From Macrostomum hystrix (taxonomy: Eukaryota; Animalia; Platyhelminthes), in contig CATNEN010000032.1 in the NCBI GenBank assembly GCA_950097015.1, positions 1,984,001-2,048,000 on the forward strand: a stretch of 64,000 nucleotides of DNA. Direction: 5' to 3'. Positions 11,649 through 40,920 of the stretch are shown one piece after another; the first letter of the stretch is position 1; every line of letters starts with the position of its first letter. The position numbers and the translations under genes were made by a program. The notes beneath the pieces were generated by a model, which searched no databases, was not told the origin of the DNA, and saw only the letters and a list, made by a program, of their open reading frames with translations.

Positions 11649-14600
11649 GAGGGTGGGAGTGGGAGTGAGAGTGAGAGTGAGAGTGAGAGGAGGGTGGGAG
11701 TGGGAGTGAGAGTGAGAGTGAGAGTGAGAGGAGGGTGGGAGTGGGAGTGAGATTGAGAGTGAGAGTGAGAGGAGGGTGGGAGTGGGAGTGAGAGTGAGAG
11801 TGAGAGTGAGAGGAGGGTGGGAGTGGGAGTGAGAGTGAGAGTGAGAGGAGGGTGGGAGTGGGAGTGAGAGTGAGAGTGAGAGTGAGAGGAGGGTGGGAGT
11901 GGGAGTGAGAGTGAGAGTGAGAGGAGGGTGGGTGTGGGAGTGAGAGTGAGAGTGAGAGTGAGAGGAGGGTGGGAGTGGGAGTGAGAGTGAGAGTGAGAGT
12001 GAGAGGAGGGTGGGAGTGGGAGTGAGAGTGAGAGTGGGAGTGGGAGTGGGAGTGGGAGTGAGAGTGGGAGTGAGAGTGAGAGGAGGGTGGGAGTGGGAGT
12101 GAGAGTGAGAGTGAGAGTGAGAGGAGGGTGGGAGTGGGAGTGAGAGTGAGAGTGGGAGTGGGAGTGGGAGTGAGAGTGGGAGTGGGAGTGGGAGTGGGAG
12201 TGGGATTGGGATTGGGAGTGTGAGTGAGAGTGAGAGTGAGATTGGGAGTGAGAGTGGGAGTGGGAGTGGGAGTGGGAGTGAGAGTGAGAGTGAGAGCGGG
12301 AGTGAGAGTGGGAGTGAGAGTGGGAGTGAGAGTGGGAGTGGGAGTGGGAGTGGGAGTGGGAGTGAGAGTGGGAGTGAGAGTGGGAGTGAGAGTGGGAGTG
12401 GGAGTGAGAGTGAGAGCGGGAGTGAGAGTGGGAGTGAGAGTGGGAGTGAGAGTGGGAGTGGGAGTGGGAGTGGGAGTGGGAGTGAGAGTGGGAGTGGGAG
12501 TGGGAGTGAGAGTGGGAGTGAGAGTGGGAGTGGGAGTCGGAGTGGGAGTGGGAGTGGGAGTGAGAGTGAGAGTGAGAGCGGGAGTGAGAGTGGGAGTGAG
12601 AGTGGGAGTGAGAGTGGGAGTGGGAGTGGGAGTGGGAGTGGGAGTGAGAGTGGGAGTGGGAGTGGGAGTGGGAGTGGGAGTGAGAGTGGGAGTGAGAGCG
12701 GGAGTGAGAGTCGGAGTGGGAGTGGGAGTGGGAGTGAGAGTGAGAGTGACAGTGAGAGTGGGAGTGAGAGTGGGAGTGGGAGTGGGAGTGAGAGTGAGAG
12801 TGGGAGTGGGAGTGGGAGTGGGAGTGGGAGTGAGAGTGAGAGTGAGAGTGAGAGGAGGGTGGGAGTGGGAGTGAGAGTGAGAGTGAGAGTGAGAGGAGGG
12901 TGGGAGTGGGAGTGAGAGTGAGAGTGAGAGTGAGAGGAGGGTGGGAGTGGGAGTGAGAGTGAGAGTGAGAGTGAGAGGAGGGTGGGAGTGGGAGTGAGAG
13001 TGAGAGTGAGAGGAGGGTGGGAGTGGGAGTGAGAGTGAGAGTGAGAGTGAGAGGAGGGTGGGAGTGGGAGTGAGAGTGAGAGTGAGAGGAGGGTGGGAGT
13101 GGGAGTGAGAGTGAGAGTGAGAGTGAGAGGAGGGTGGGTGTGGGAGTGAGAGTGAGAGTGAGAGTGAGAGGAGGGTGGGAGTGGGAGTGAGAGTGAGAGT
13201 GGGAGTGGGAGTGGGAGTGAGAGTGGGAGTGAGAGTGAGAGGAGGGTGGGAGTGGGAGTGAGAGTGAGAGTGAGAGTGAGAGGAGGGTGGGAGTGGGAGT
13301 GAGAGTGAGAGTGAGAGTGAGAGGAGGGTGGGAGTGGGAGTGAGAGTGGGAGTGGGAGTGGGAGTGGGAGTGGGAGTGGGAGTGAGAGTGGGAGTGAGAG
13401 TGAGAGGAGGGTGGGAGTGGGAGTGAGAGTGAGAGTGAGAGTGAGAGGAGGGTGGGAGTGGGAGTGAGAGTGAGAGTGAGAGTGAGAGGAGGGTGGGAGT
13501 GGGAGTGAGAGTGAGAGTGAGAGCGGGAGTGAGAGCGGGAGTGAGAGTGGGAGTGAGAGTGGGAGTGAGAGTGGGAGTGGGAGTGGGAGTGGGAGTGGGA
13601 GTGGGAGTGAGAGTGGGAGTGGGAGTGGGAGTGAGAGTGGGAGTGAGAGTGGGAGTGGGAGTCGGAGTGGGAGTGGGAGTGGGAGTGAGAGTGAGAGTGG
13701 GAGTGGGAGTCGGAGTGGGAGTGGGAGTGGGAGTGAGAGTGAGAGTGAGAGCGGGAGTGAGAGTGGGAGTGAGAGTGGGAGTGAGAGTGAGAGTGAGAGG
13801 AGGGTGGGAGTGGGAGTGAGAGTGAGAGTGAGAGTGAGAGGAGGGTGGGAGTGGGAGTGAGAGTGAGAGTGAGAGGAGGGTGGGAGTGGGAGTGAGAGTG
13901 AGAGTGAGAGTGAGAGGAGGGTGGGAGTGAGAGTGGGAGTGGGAGTGGGAGTGGGAGTGGGAGTGAGAGTGGGAGTGGGAGTGGGAGTGAGAGTGGGAGT
14001 GAGAGTGGGAGTGGGAGTCGGAGTGGGAGTGGGAGTGGGAGTGAGAGTGAGAGTGAGAGCGGGAGTGAGAGTGGGAGTGAGAGTGGGAGTGAGAGTGGGA
14101 GTGGGAGTGGGAGTGGGAGTGGGAGTGAGAGTGGGAGTGGGAGTGGGAGTGGGAGTGGGAGTGAGAGTGGGAGTGAGAGCGGGAGTGAGAGTCGGAGTGG
14201 GAGTGGGAGTGGGAGTGAGAGTGAGAGTGACAGTGAGAGTGGGAGTGAGAGTGGGAGTGGGAGTGGGAGTGAGAGTGAGAGTGGGAGTGGGAGTGGGAGT
14301 GGGAGTGGGAGTGAGAGTGAGAGTGAGAGTGAGAGGAGGGTGGGAGTGGGAGTGAGAGTGAGAGTGAGAGTGAGAGGAGGGTGGGAGTGGGAGTCGGAGT
14401 GGGAGTGGGAGTGGGAGTGAGAGTGAGAGTGGGAGTGGGAGTCGGAGTGGGAGTGGGAGTGGGAGTGAGAGTGAGAGTGAGAGCGGGAGTGAGAGTGGGA
14501 GTGAGAGTGGGAGTGAGAGTGGGAGTGGGAGTCGGAGTGGGAGTGGGAGTGGGAGTGAGAGTGAGAGTGGGAGTGGGAGTCGGAGTGGGAGTGGGAGTGG

Positions 14601-15336
14601 GAGTGAGAGTGAGAGTGAGAGCGGGAGTGAGAGTGGGAGTGAGAGTGGGAGTGAGAGTGAGAGTGAGAGGAGGGTGGGAGTGGGAGTGAGAGTGAGAGTG
14701 AGAGTGAGAGGAGGGTGGGAGTGGGAGTGAGAGTGAGAGTGAGAGGAGGGTGGGAGTGGGAGTGAGAGTGAGAGTGAGAGTGAGAGGAGGGTGGGAGTGA
14801 GAGTGGGAGTGGGAGTGGGAGTGGGAGTGGGAGTGAGAGTGGGAGTGGGAGTGGGAGTGAGAGTGGGAGTGAGAGTGGGAGTGGGAGTCGGAGTGGGAGT
14901 GGGAGTGGGAGTGAGAGTGAGAGTGAGAGCGGGAGTGAGAGTGGGAGTGAGAGTGGGAGTGAGAGTGGGAGTGAGAGTGGGAGTGGGAGTGGGAGTGGGA
15001 GTGGGAGTGAGAGTGGGAGTGGGAGTGGGAGTGAGAGTGGGAGTGAGAGTGGGAGTGGGAGTCGGAGTGGGAGTGGGAGTGGGAGTGAGAGTGAGAGTGA
15101 GAGCGGGAGTGAGAGTGGGAGTGAGAGTGGGAGTGAGAGTGGGAGTGGGAGTGGGAGTGGGAGTGGGAGTGAGAGTGGGAGTGGGAGTGGGAGTGGGAGT
15201 GGGAGTGAGAGTGGGAGTGAGAGTCGGAGTGGGAGTGGGAGTGGGAGTGAGAGTGAGAGTGACAGTGAGAGTGGGAGTGAGAGTGGGAGTGGGAGTGGGA
15301 GTGAGAGTGAGAGTGGGAGTGGGAGTGGGAGTGGGA

Positions 15337-15367
<31 letters not shown>

Positions 15368-17965
15368 GAGGGTGGGAGTGGGAGTGAGAGTGAGAGTGAG
15401 AGTGAGAGGAGGGTGGGAGTGGGAGTGAGAGTGAGAGTGAGAGTGAGAGGAGGGTGGGAGTGGGAGTGAGATTGAGAGTGAGAGTGAGAGGAGGGTGGGA
15501 GTGGGAGTGAGAGTGAGAGTGAGAGTGAGAGGAGGGTGGGAGTGGGAGTGAGAGTGAGAGTGAGAGGAGGGTGGGAGTGGGAGTGAGAGTGAGAGTGAGA
15601 GTGAGAGGAGGGTGGGAGTGGGAGTGAGAGTGAGAGTGAGAGGAGGGTGGGTGTGGGAGTGAGAGTGAGAGTGAGAGTGAGAGGAGGGTGGGAGTGGGAG
15701 TGAGAGTGAGAGTGAGAGTGAGAGGAGGGTGGGAGTGGGAGTGAGAGTGAGAGTGGGAGTGGGAGTGGGAGTGGGAGTGAGAGTGGGAGTGAGAGTGAGA
15801 GGAGGGTGGGAGTGGGAGTGAGAGTGAGAGTGAGAGTGAGAGGAGGGTGGGAGTGGGAGTGAGAGTGAGAGTGGGAGTGGGAGTGGGAGTGAGAGTGGGA
15901 GTGGGAGTGGGAGTGGGAGTGGGATTGGGATTGGGAGTGTGAGTGAGAGTGAGAGTGAGATTGGGAGTGAGAGTGGGAGTGGGAGTGGGAGTGGGAGTGA
16001 GAGTGAGAGTGAGAGCGGGAGTGAGAGTGGGAGTGAGAGTGGGAGTGAGAGTGGGAGTGGGAGTGGGAGTGGGAGTGGGAGTGAGAGTGGGAGTGAGAGT
16101 GGGAGTGAGAGTGGGAGTGGGAGTGAGAGTGAGAGCGGGAGTGAGAGTGGGAGTGAGAGTGGGAGTGAGAGTGGGAGTGGGAGTGGGAGTGGGAGTGGGA
16201 GTGAGAGTGGGAGTGGGAGTGGGAGTGAGAGTGGGAGTGAGAGTGGGAGTGGGAGTCGGAGTGGGAGTGGGAGTGGGAGTGAGAGTGAGAGTGAGAGCGG
16301 GAGTGAGAGTGGGAGTGAGAGTGGGAGTGAGAGTGGGAGTGGGAGTGGGAGTGGGAGTGGGAGTGAGAGTGGGAGTGGGAGTGGGAGTGGGAGTGGGAGT
16401 GAGAGTGGGAGTGAGAGCGGGAGTGAGAGTCGGAGTGGGAGTGGAGTGGGAGTGAGAGTGAGAGTGACAGTGAGAGTGGGAGTGAGAGTGGGAGTGGGAG
16501 TGGGAGTGAGAGTGAGAGTGGGAGTGGGAGTGGGAGTGGGAGTGGGAGTGAGAGTGAGAGTGAGAGTGAGAGGAGGGTGGGAGTGGGAGTGAGAGTGAGA
16601 GTGAGAGTGAGAGGAGGGTGGGAGTGGGAGTGAGAGTGAGAGTGAGAGTGAGAGGAGGGTGGGAGTGGGAGTGAGAGTGAGAGTGAGAGTGAGAGGAGGG
16701 TGGGAGTGGGAGTGAGAGTGAGAGTGAGAGGAGGGTGGGAGTGGGAGTGAGAGTGAGAGTGAGAGTGAGAGGAGGGTGGGAGTGGGAGTGAGAGTGAGAG
16801 TGAGAGGAGGGTGGGAGTGGGAGTGAGAGTGAGAGTGAGAGTGAGAGGAGGGTGGGTGTGGGAGTGAGAGTGAGAGTGAGAGTGAGAGGAGGGTGGGAGT
16901 GGGAGTGAGAGTGAGAGTGAGAGTGAGAGGAGGGTGGGAGTGGGAGTGAGAGTGGGAGTGGGAGTGGGAGTGGGAGTGGGAGTGGGAGTGAGAGTGGGAG
17001 TGAGAGTGAGAGGAGGGTGGGAGTGGGAGTGAGAGTGAGAGTGAGAGTGAGAGGAGGGTGGGAGTGGGAGTGAGAGTGAGAGTGAGAGTGAGAGGAGGGT
17101 GGGAGTGGGAGTGAGAGTGAGAGTGAGAGTGAGAGGAGGGTGGGAGTGGGAGTGAGAGTGAGAGTGGGAGTGGGAGTGGGAGTGAGAGTGGGAGTGAGAG
17201 TGAGAGGAGGGTGGGAGTGGGAGTGAGAGTGAGAGTGAGAGTGAGAGGAGGGTGGGAGTGGGAGTGAGAGTGAGAGTGAGAGTGAGAGGAGGGTGGGAGT
17301 GGGAGTGAGAGTGAGAGTGGGAGTGGGAGTGGGAGTGAGAGTGGGAGTGGGAGTGGGAGTGGGAGTGGGATTGGGATTGGGAGTGTGAGTGAGAGTGAGA
17401 GTGGGAGTGGGAGTGGGAGTGGGAGTGGGAGTGGGAGTGGGAGTGGGAGTGGGAGTGGGAGTGGGATTGGGATTGGGAGTGTGAGTGAGAGTGAGAGTGA
17501 GAGTGGGAGTGGGAGTGGGAGTGGGAGTGGGAGTGGGAGTGAGAGTGGGAGTGGGAGTGAGAGTGGGAGTGGGATTGGGAGTGTGAGTGAGAGTGAGATT
17601 GAGATTGGGAGTGAGAGTGGGAGTGAGAGTGGGAGTGGGATTGGGAGTGTGAGTGAGAGTGAGATTGAGATTGGGAGTGAGAGTGGGAGTGAGAGTGGGA
17701 GTGGGAGTGAGAGTGGGAGTGAGAGTGGGAGTGGGAGTGGGAGTGGGAGTGGGAGTGGGATTGGGAGTGTGAGTGAGAGTGAGATTGAGATTGGGAGTGA
17801 GAGTGGGAGTGAGAGTGGGAGTGGGAGTGGGAGTGGGAGTGGGAGTGGGATTGGGAGTGTGAGTGAGAGTGAGATTGAGATTGGGAGTGAGAGTGGGAGT
17901 GAGAGTGGGAGTGGGAGTGAGAGTAGGTGTGAGAGTGGGAGTGGGAGTGAGAGTGAGAGGAGGGT
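9596..17965. repeat. 8.4-kb hexamer mosaic satellite (GAGAGT/GGGAGT)n with higher-order structure (3719-bp tandem duplication, internal ~870-bp duplication)
   Basis: The + strand is almost only G/A/T hexamers with rare variants (GAGGAGGGT, GGGATT, CGGAGT, GACAGT). Identical ORF-track landmarks recur at +3719 (10202/13921, 10662/14381, 11072/14791, 12220/15939) and at +870 (10202/11072). Confidence 0.97.
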
Positions 17966-18480
17966 GAGAGAGAGTGTTGCCGAGTGCTAGGAGTATGAGT
18001 AAGCAATTCCGTCCCATGGACCAGAATGTGTCCCTGACTGACAGTACCCGCGCGGTCTGACGAGGTTGCCTTTAATTCTCGGGTTGTGAGTAGTCCAACA
18101 CAGTCCTTAAAAGACCTCACTGATTAAGTCAGCCGGGCGATTGAATGCAAATCACAATCCATCTTGGAAACCAAACTTGCTTAAGAGAGTAGGCTTCCTC
18201 ATGCAGATCAGATTTGGTCCGAATTCGGATTTAAGCAAATTAAAGCCGGCCTTATTTTGTGTCGTCTTATCCAACAATTCAACTTTCTTATCTCTACTGC
18301 TCATTGGTTTGAGTTGCTTGAGTTGCTCTTTGCCGTTATTAGCTGCTTTAGAAGAATCTGTATGAGCTGCAGCTGCAGTCTATGACGCTGAAAAGTTTGG
18401 CTTGCAAGCCGCAATCGGTAGACCTTTAGATACGAGTATGTGAAAAATGTACCAAGAATAGCGCCAATATCTGTATTAAG

Positions 18481-18830
18481 AATCAAACCAAGAATCGAAC
18501 CAAGAATCGAACCAAGAATCGCACTAAGAATCGTGCCAAGATCTGTAGCAAAAAGTGAACCAAGAATCTAACTGAGAATCGCACCAAGAATCGAACCAAG
18601 AATCGAACCAAGAATCGCAACAAGAATCGAACCAAGAATCGAACCAAGGATCGCAACAACAATCGAACCAAGAATCGAACCAAGAATTGAACCAATAATC
18701 GAACCAAGAATCGAACCAAGAATCGAACCAAGGATCGCACCAAGAATCGAACCAAGAATCGAACCAAGGATGGCACCAAGAATCGAACCATGGATCGCAC
18801 TAAGAATTAAACCAAGAATCGCACCTGGAG
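18481..18830. repeat. 12-bp minisatellite CCAAGAATCGAA (~28 copies)
   Basis: Direct tandem units with scattered variants. Confidence 0.95.
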
Positions 18831-19811
18831 AGCCACTTTTTGCAGCGGGAAAAGTAACTAGGGATAAAAAGGTGCGCATTTAGAATCCTGCAGCAATCCT
18901 AGCCTATCACCACTAGTGACAGTCTCACATTTGACTTTTATATCTACCAAAGCGGTCACTGGTAGCCATGGCTAGCCCCACAGGCAATATTTGCGTCAGT
19001 GTTAGCCAAGCAAGCCTTGCGGCAACAGCTGCCCTAGCCTCCAGAGTTTGACAAGTCCCGGAACCCCTAACAGACACTCGCAGAGGAGCGGCAGAGTGGT
19101 AGAGAGATAGGGACTGTTAGAAAAGAATTTTCAGCATAGCCGCAAGTTGATGCTCTCGTCCCAGAGGCAAAGTGGGGCGGAGATTTCAGAAGCGCAGCTT
19201 GTAAAAGATTTTTGCGCGAAGAGGCTAGGCTAGGAGGTGGAAAGCAGCTGCCTCCCATTCTCTTCTGCCCATATTTCCCCATTTTTTTGTCGGCCCGGTT
19301 GCTAGGCCCCATCCACGGAAGGGCGGAGCGGCGGAGACCATAGGAATGATGCGGACGCAGGCCGCCCCCCGCTGACATTTCAAAGCTGGAAACCCACCCC
19401 CCCGCACAATCTGTGCTGGGAGAAACTGCAACACTGCCACCGACGGCCCATGGCAGCAGCGTGTGTGCTGCTGCTGTTGAATTCCTCAGCTTGTAGGGAT
19501 AAGCCATCTTGTGTATCAAGGCCGCCACACACACACACACACACATGCCTCATCCAGCTATGCTCTTACCCTTGACCCTTTGCCGTGCATGGATCTGATG
19601 CATCTCTGCCGTTCCGCACAGTCGATCATTAGCAGGTTGGAGGCCCCACTCCGCAGGGGGGCTGTGGGGGAATCCCGCCTTCTGGGAGGAATAATCTGAA
19701 TTGTATTCCAGAAAATTACACTCGGTTTGATGTCGCATCATATTTCTCTGATGGTTTTGTTGACTAGACAAACAGATTGATAAGCGAGACACAGTAAAAC
19801 TTATCTGCCTC

Positions 19812-20340
19812 ACTATCTCACTATCTCACTCTCATTTTCTCATTATCATTATCTCAGCCTTACTATCTCACTCTCATTTGCTCATTATCATTATCTCAGC
19901 CTCACTATCTCACTCTCATTTGCTCATTATCATTATCTCAGCCTTACTATCTCACTCTCATTTGCTCATTATCATTATCTCAGCCTCACTATCTCACTCT
20001 CATTTTCTCATTATCATTATCTCAGCCTCACTATCTTACTCTCAGTTTCTCATTATAATTATCTCAGCCTTGCTATCTCACTCTCAGTTTCTCATTATGA
20101 TTATCTCAGCCTCATTATCTCACTCTCAGTTTCTCATTATCGTTATCTCAGCCTCACTATCTCACTCTCAGTTTCTCATTATAATTATCTCAGCCTCACT
20201 ATCTCACTCTCAGTTTCTCATTATGATTATCTCAGCCTCACTATCTCACTCTCAGTTTCTCATTATCATTATCTCAGCCTCACTATCTCACTCTCAGTTT
20301 CTCATTATCTCAGGTCAGCTCACATCAGCTTATCTCAGCT
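19812..20340. repeat. 42-bp minisatellite (CTATCTCACTCTCAGTTTCTCATTATCATTATCTCAGCCTCA, ~12 copies)
   Basis: Matches the 14-aa periodicity of ORF 19878-20381. Confidence 0.93.
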
Positions 20341-21633
20341 CTACTATCTCATTCTCGCAATTTCTAATTATGTTTTTCTAGTATTACCACTTATTATCTT
20401 ATTCCCAGTGTTTCGCTGCATTTTCCAAGTAAGCGAATCGCAGAGTTGCTGATTTATCGATATCTGTTCAGTTAACCATGCGTATTGATTATATTTAGTT
20501 CAATTGACCGAGGCCAGCATTGCTCTCATTGAGAGCGCATGTGGAGTTGTTGCTGACACCGACACTAAATACTTAGGAAAACCAGATTCGATAAGGAAAA
20601 ACAAATACACAAATGGGATATTGTCGGCAGGGAATTGTGCGTAAAAATGGTATTTTATGCCGGGGCGCGGTTTTATTCGCACAAGCATGTGGATTTACTC
20701 TCTAACCTGTGTGGCTCTATTATCGTAGGCATTTAAAATTAAATCTTAATTTTAAATCTACTTTTTCTGAAAAGTATTTGTTTTAATTAATAGACGGTAG
20801 CTTATAAGGGCTACATTATTAAATTTTACAACTGTGAATTTATATTATTAATTACACAGTAAACACATGATGCCAAAGCAGAAAAACAATATTAAAATGA
20901 GAACATTAGAATGAGAACATTATTTTGGAATTCTACAATCTAAAAAAATCATTTGTTTCAAAGTAGGACAAATTGTAGACACAGAGAGAACAAACAAACT
21001 CACAGACACGGAAAAACATTGGACACTGACAGAAAGAACCCGCCACCAATGCTAGGAGATCTGGATATAGCACCTGAAACTGAAGACTTCCAGGTGCCAC
21101 GATCTAGAACTCCATGAATAGGGGAGCTCGATAATCCCTGTAGATAAACAAACAATTATCTCTCCACTGAGTTCCCAGCTTTTGCCATTGTTTAAGAGGG
21201 CCGAAACAATAACGAAACAAAATGAACGAGCTAGAGCCCAGAACAATGAGGGCTGCATTTTGGGGATAAATCAATCAGTGGGAAATTATTGTGCTAGCCA
21301 CAATTATGGTGGCGGCAAACTAGACAAAAAATACAATTGAAATCCCAACGTCCCCTCTGCCCCGGATCCGCTCTGCCAGTTTTTGTATTTTTTGGGTGGG
21401 AGATTTTCCCCCCTCATTTTCCGACGAAGGGAAATGAGGATAAGTGACCAGGTGGGAACTAATGCTCTAGCTCGCCTTGTCCACAATTCGCATCCATCAG
21501 TGTCTGGGATAAATTTAAGCGACAATAGGCAGCGCAAAGTGCTAGGAGACAGTCAAATACGAACAATAATAATTCTAGAGTTAGCTTTAAATGGGCTTTC
21601 AGAGGGATCATTTCAAAGCTTCTAATTCGATTT

Positions 21634-37527
<15,894 letters not shown>

Positions 37528-37909
37528 TAGTTTCTCCTCAGTTAAGTTGAGGCTGTGCTGTCCAGTTGTTCAAGTCTCCTCTATTAAAGGGAAATCAAAT
37601 TGCCGCTGGATTTCAAAGGAAGTCTGGAGGCGGGCGAATTCAAACTGGCTATTTATAAGCTAATTGAAGTTGACAATTTATGTCTAATCTTTGGCAGTTT
37701 GCTTGCTCCAACCCCCTGGGGCTGCTTGCTCAGTGCTTCGGGCTTTTGGTCACAAAGCGCAGAAATGGGGAGAAGTTTTGCGAGGTTAGCCCAGTTGAAG
37801 CAGTCTTATATCAGCTTTATTAGTTTTTAGAAGTTTCTCATCCTTTGTGCCTGGCCTGGGATTTCACTGTTTAGTGGGGAATATTTTGGGGCCACTCCAG
37901 CATTCTGCC

Positions 37910-38090
37910 AGTCAGCCAATGGCAGTGGGCCCTGGTGGGTACCACGGCCTGCTAAGCCAATGAGCCGCTGTCTCAGAAAAGGGAAGCGGAAAATTCTCGA
38001 GAACCGCAGCGCGGCCAATTCTAGCGCAAGAAGTGAAAACTTCGGGTCGGCAAACTTGTTCGTTAGACTAAAGACCCTATCCAATAGATG
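37910..38090. promoter_or_regulatory. Candidate Meis promoter with four CCAAT boxes
   Basis: CCAAT at 37916, 37957, 38015 and 38081, all on the same strand and 390-560 bp upstream of the Meis ATG. Two match the extended NF-Y context AGCCAATG. Confidence 0.45.
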
Positions 38091-38109
38091 ATAACAACAG
38101 GCCCCATCG

Positions 38110-39578
38110 ACATGAGATGAGATGAGACACGGGAGAGATGAGACACGGGAGAGATGAGACCCGGGAGAGATGAGACACGGGAGAGATGAGACACGGGAGA
38201 GATGAGACACGGGAGAGATGAGACACGGGAGAGATGAGACATGGGAGAGATGAGACACGGGAGAGATGAGACACGGGAGAGATGAGACACGGGAGAGATG
38301 AGACACGGGAGAGATGAGACACGGGAGAGATGAGACACGGGAGAGATGAGACACGGGAGAGATGAGACACGGGAGAGATGAGACACGGGACAGATGAGAC
38401 ACGGGAGAGATGAGACACGGGAGAGATGAGACACGGGAGAGATGAGACACGGGAGAGATGAGACACGGGAGAGATGAGACACGGGAGAGATGAGACACGG
38501 GAGAGATGAGACACGGGAGAGATGAGACACGGGAGAGATGAGACACGGGAGAGATGAGACACGGGAGAGATGAGACACGGGAGAGATGAGACACGGGAGA
38601 GATGAGACACGGGAGAGATGAGACACGGGAGAGATGAGACACGGGAGAGATGAGACACGGGAGAGATGAGACACGGGAGAGATGAGACACGGGAGAGATG
38701 AGACACGGGAGAGATGAGACAGGGGAGAGATGAGACACGGGAGAGATGAGACACGGGAGAGATGAGACACGGGAGAGATGAGACACGGGACAGATGAGAC
38801 ACGGGAGAGATGAGACACGGGAGAGATGAGACACGGGAGAGATGAGACAGGGGAGAGATAAGACAGGGGAGAGATGAGACACGGGAGAGATGAGACACGG
38901 GAGAGATGAGACAGGGGAGAGATGAGACACGGGACAGATGAGACACGGGAGAGATGAGACAGGGGAGAGATGAGACACGGGAGAGATGAGACACGGGACA
39001 GATGAGACACGGGAGAGATGAGACACGGGACAGATGAGACACGGGAGAGATGAGACACGGGAGAGATGAGACACGGGAGAGATGCGACACGGGAGAGATG
39101 AGACACGGGAGAGATGAGACACGGGAGAGATGAGACACGGGAGAGATGAGACACGGGACAGATGAGACACGGGAGAGATGAGACACGGGAGAGATGAGAC
39201 ACGGGAGAGATGAGACACGGGACAGATGAGACACGGGACAGATGAGACACGGGAGAGATGAGACACGGGAGAGATGAGACACGGGACAGATGAGACACGG
39301 GACAGATGAGACACGGGAGAGATGAGACACGGGAGAGATGAGACACGGGAGAGATGAGACACGGGAGAGATGAGACACGGGACAGATGAGACACGGGACA
39401 GATGAGACACGGGAGAGATGAGACACGGGACAGATGAGACACGGGAGAGATGAGACACGGGAGAGATGAGACACGGGAGAGATGAGACAGGGGAGAGATG
39501 AGACACGGGAGAGATGAGACACGGGAGAGATGAGACACGGGAGAGATGAGACACGGGAGAGATGAAACACGGGAGAGA
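38110..39578. repeat. 16-bp minisatellite GATGAGACACGGGAGA (~90 copies) just upstream of Meis
   Basis: Period of 16 (38281 to 38297), very homogeneous. Confidence 0.98.
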
Positions 39579-39959
39579 TTAATTGTGACAATAATGACGA
39601 TTAATTGTGACATGCCGGTCTCTCTGATGAATGGAGCCACTGATAATTATTAAATCAGATTTTTTCTTCAATAATTTTGTTTTTCTAATTCTTTCAAGAA
39701 TTCCGGGACTGCATGCAGATCAGCAGCAATCAGTCGCATGCAGGCGAGACACTTCCGGGCTCCGTCGTGTCTCGATGCCGTCCCGCTGGTAAAGGGCCGC
39801 TCCGGATGCGCCGGATTAACTTTGCGTGCTCTTTGAGCAGCTGTGCTCACCGTGTGGCCCGCATGTCTTGAATACTTTTTTATTGGGTGGATTGTCTTTG
39901 CATGCTTTTCACTTGCCATCTTTCTGAATCAGCCATCAGAACAGGAAATGGGAAAAGGA

Positions 39960-40920
39960 ATACGAAAATAAATAGGAATAGGAATAGGAATAGGATCATA
40001 GGAATAGTAATAGGAATGGGAATAGGAATAGGAATAGGATCATAGGAATAGGAATAGGAATGGGAATAGGAATAGGAATAGGAATAGGAAAATAAATAGG
40101 AATAGGAATATGAACAGGAATAGGAATGGGAATGGGAATGGGAATAGGAATAGGAATAGGATCATAGGAATAGGAATAGGAATGGGAATAGGAATAGGAA
40201 AATAAATAGGAATGGGAATAGGAATAGGAACAGGAATAGGAATGGGAATGGGAATAGGAATAGGAATAGGATCATAGGAATAGGAATAGGAATGGGAATG
40301 GGAATAGGAATAGGAATAGGATCATAGGAATAGGAATAGGAATGGGAATAGGAATAGGAAAATAAATAGGAATAGGAATAGGAATAGGAACAGGAATAGG
40401 AATGGGAATGGGAATAGGAATAGGAATAGGATCATAGGAATAGGAATAGGAATGGGAATAGGAATAGGAATAGGATCATAGGAATAGGAATAGGAATGGG
40501 AATAGGAATAGGAAAATAAATAGGAATAGGAATAGGAATATGAACAGGAATAGGAATGGGAATGGGAATAGGAATAGGAATAGGATCATAGGAATAGGAA
40601 TAGGAATGGGAATAGGAATAGGAAAATAAATAGGAATAGGAATAGGAATATGAACAGGAATAGGAATGGGAATGGGAATAGGAATAGGAATAGGATCATA
40701 GGAATAGGAATAGGAATGGGAATAGGAATAGGAATAGGATCATAGGAATAGGAATAGGAATAGGAATGGGAATAGGAATAGGAAAATAAATAGGAATAGG
40801 AATAGGAATATGAACAGGAATAGGAATAGGAATAGGAACAGAAATGGGAACAGGAATAGGAATAGGAATGGGAACAGGAATGGGAATAGGAATGGGAACA
40901 GGAATAGGAATAGGAATGGC
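39960..40920. repeat. (GGAATA/GGAATG)n hexamer satellite with recurring variant blocks
   Basis: Direct hexamer repeats with recurring GGATCATA, GGAAAATAAATA and GAACAG variants. Confidence 0.96.

Noticed and set aside
9596-17965. Interstitial telomere
   Set aside because: Units are GGGAGT/GAGAGT, not the TTAGGG reported for flatworm telomeres.
9538-18120. Giant 2860-aa and 2816-aa minus-strand ORFs (SH/TP/LP repeats) and SESG or VGVR plus-strand ORFs
   Set aside because: The hexamer satellite lacks stop triplets on the minus strand. Recurrent GAGGAGGGT inserts shift the frame so each product cycles through SH, TP and LP blocks, which shows no frame is being preserved.
19067-19546. 159-aa minus ORF (MAYPYKLRN...)
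   Set aside because: No motif, no convincing splice donor, and it starts within a CA microsatellite.
37827-39640. Three overlapping 500-575 aa ORFs (VSHLSRVSSLPCLISP)n
   Set aside because: The 16-bp unit has no stop in any minus frame, and all three frames give the same permuted peptide.
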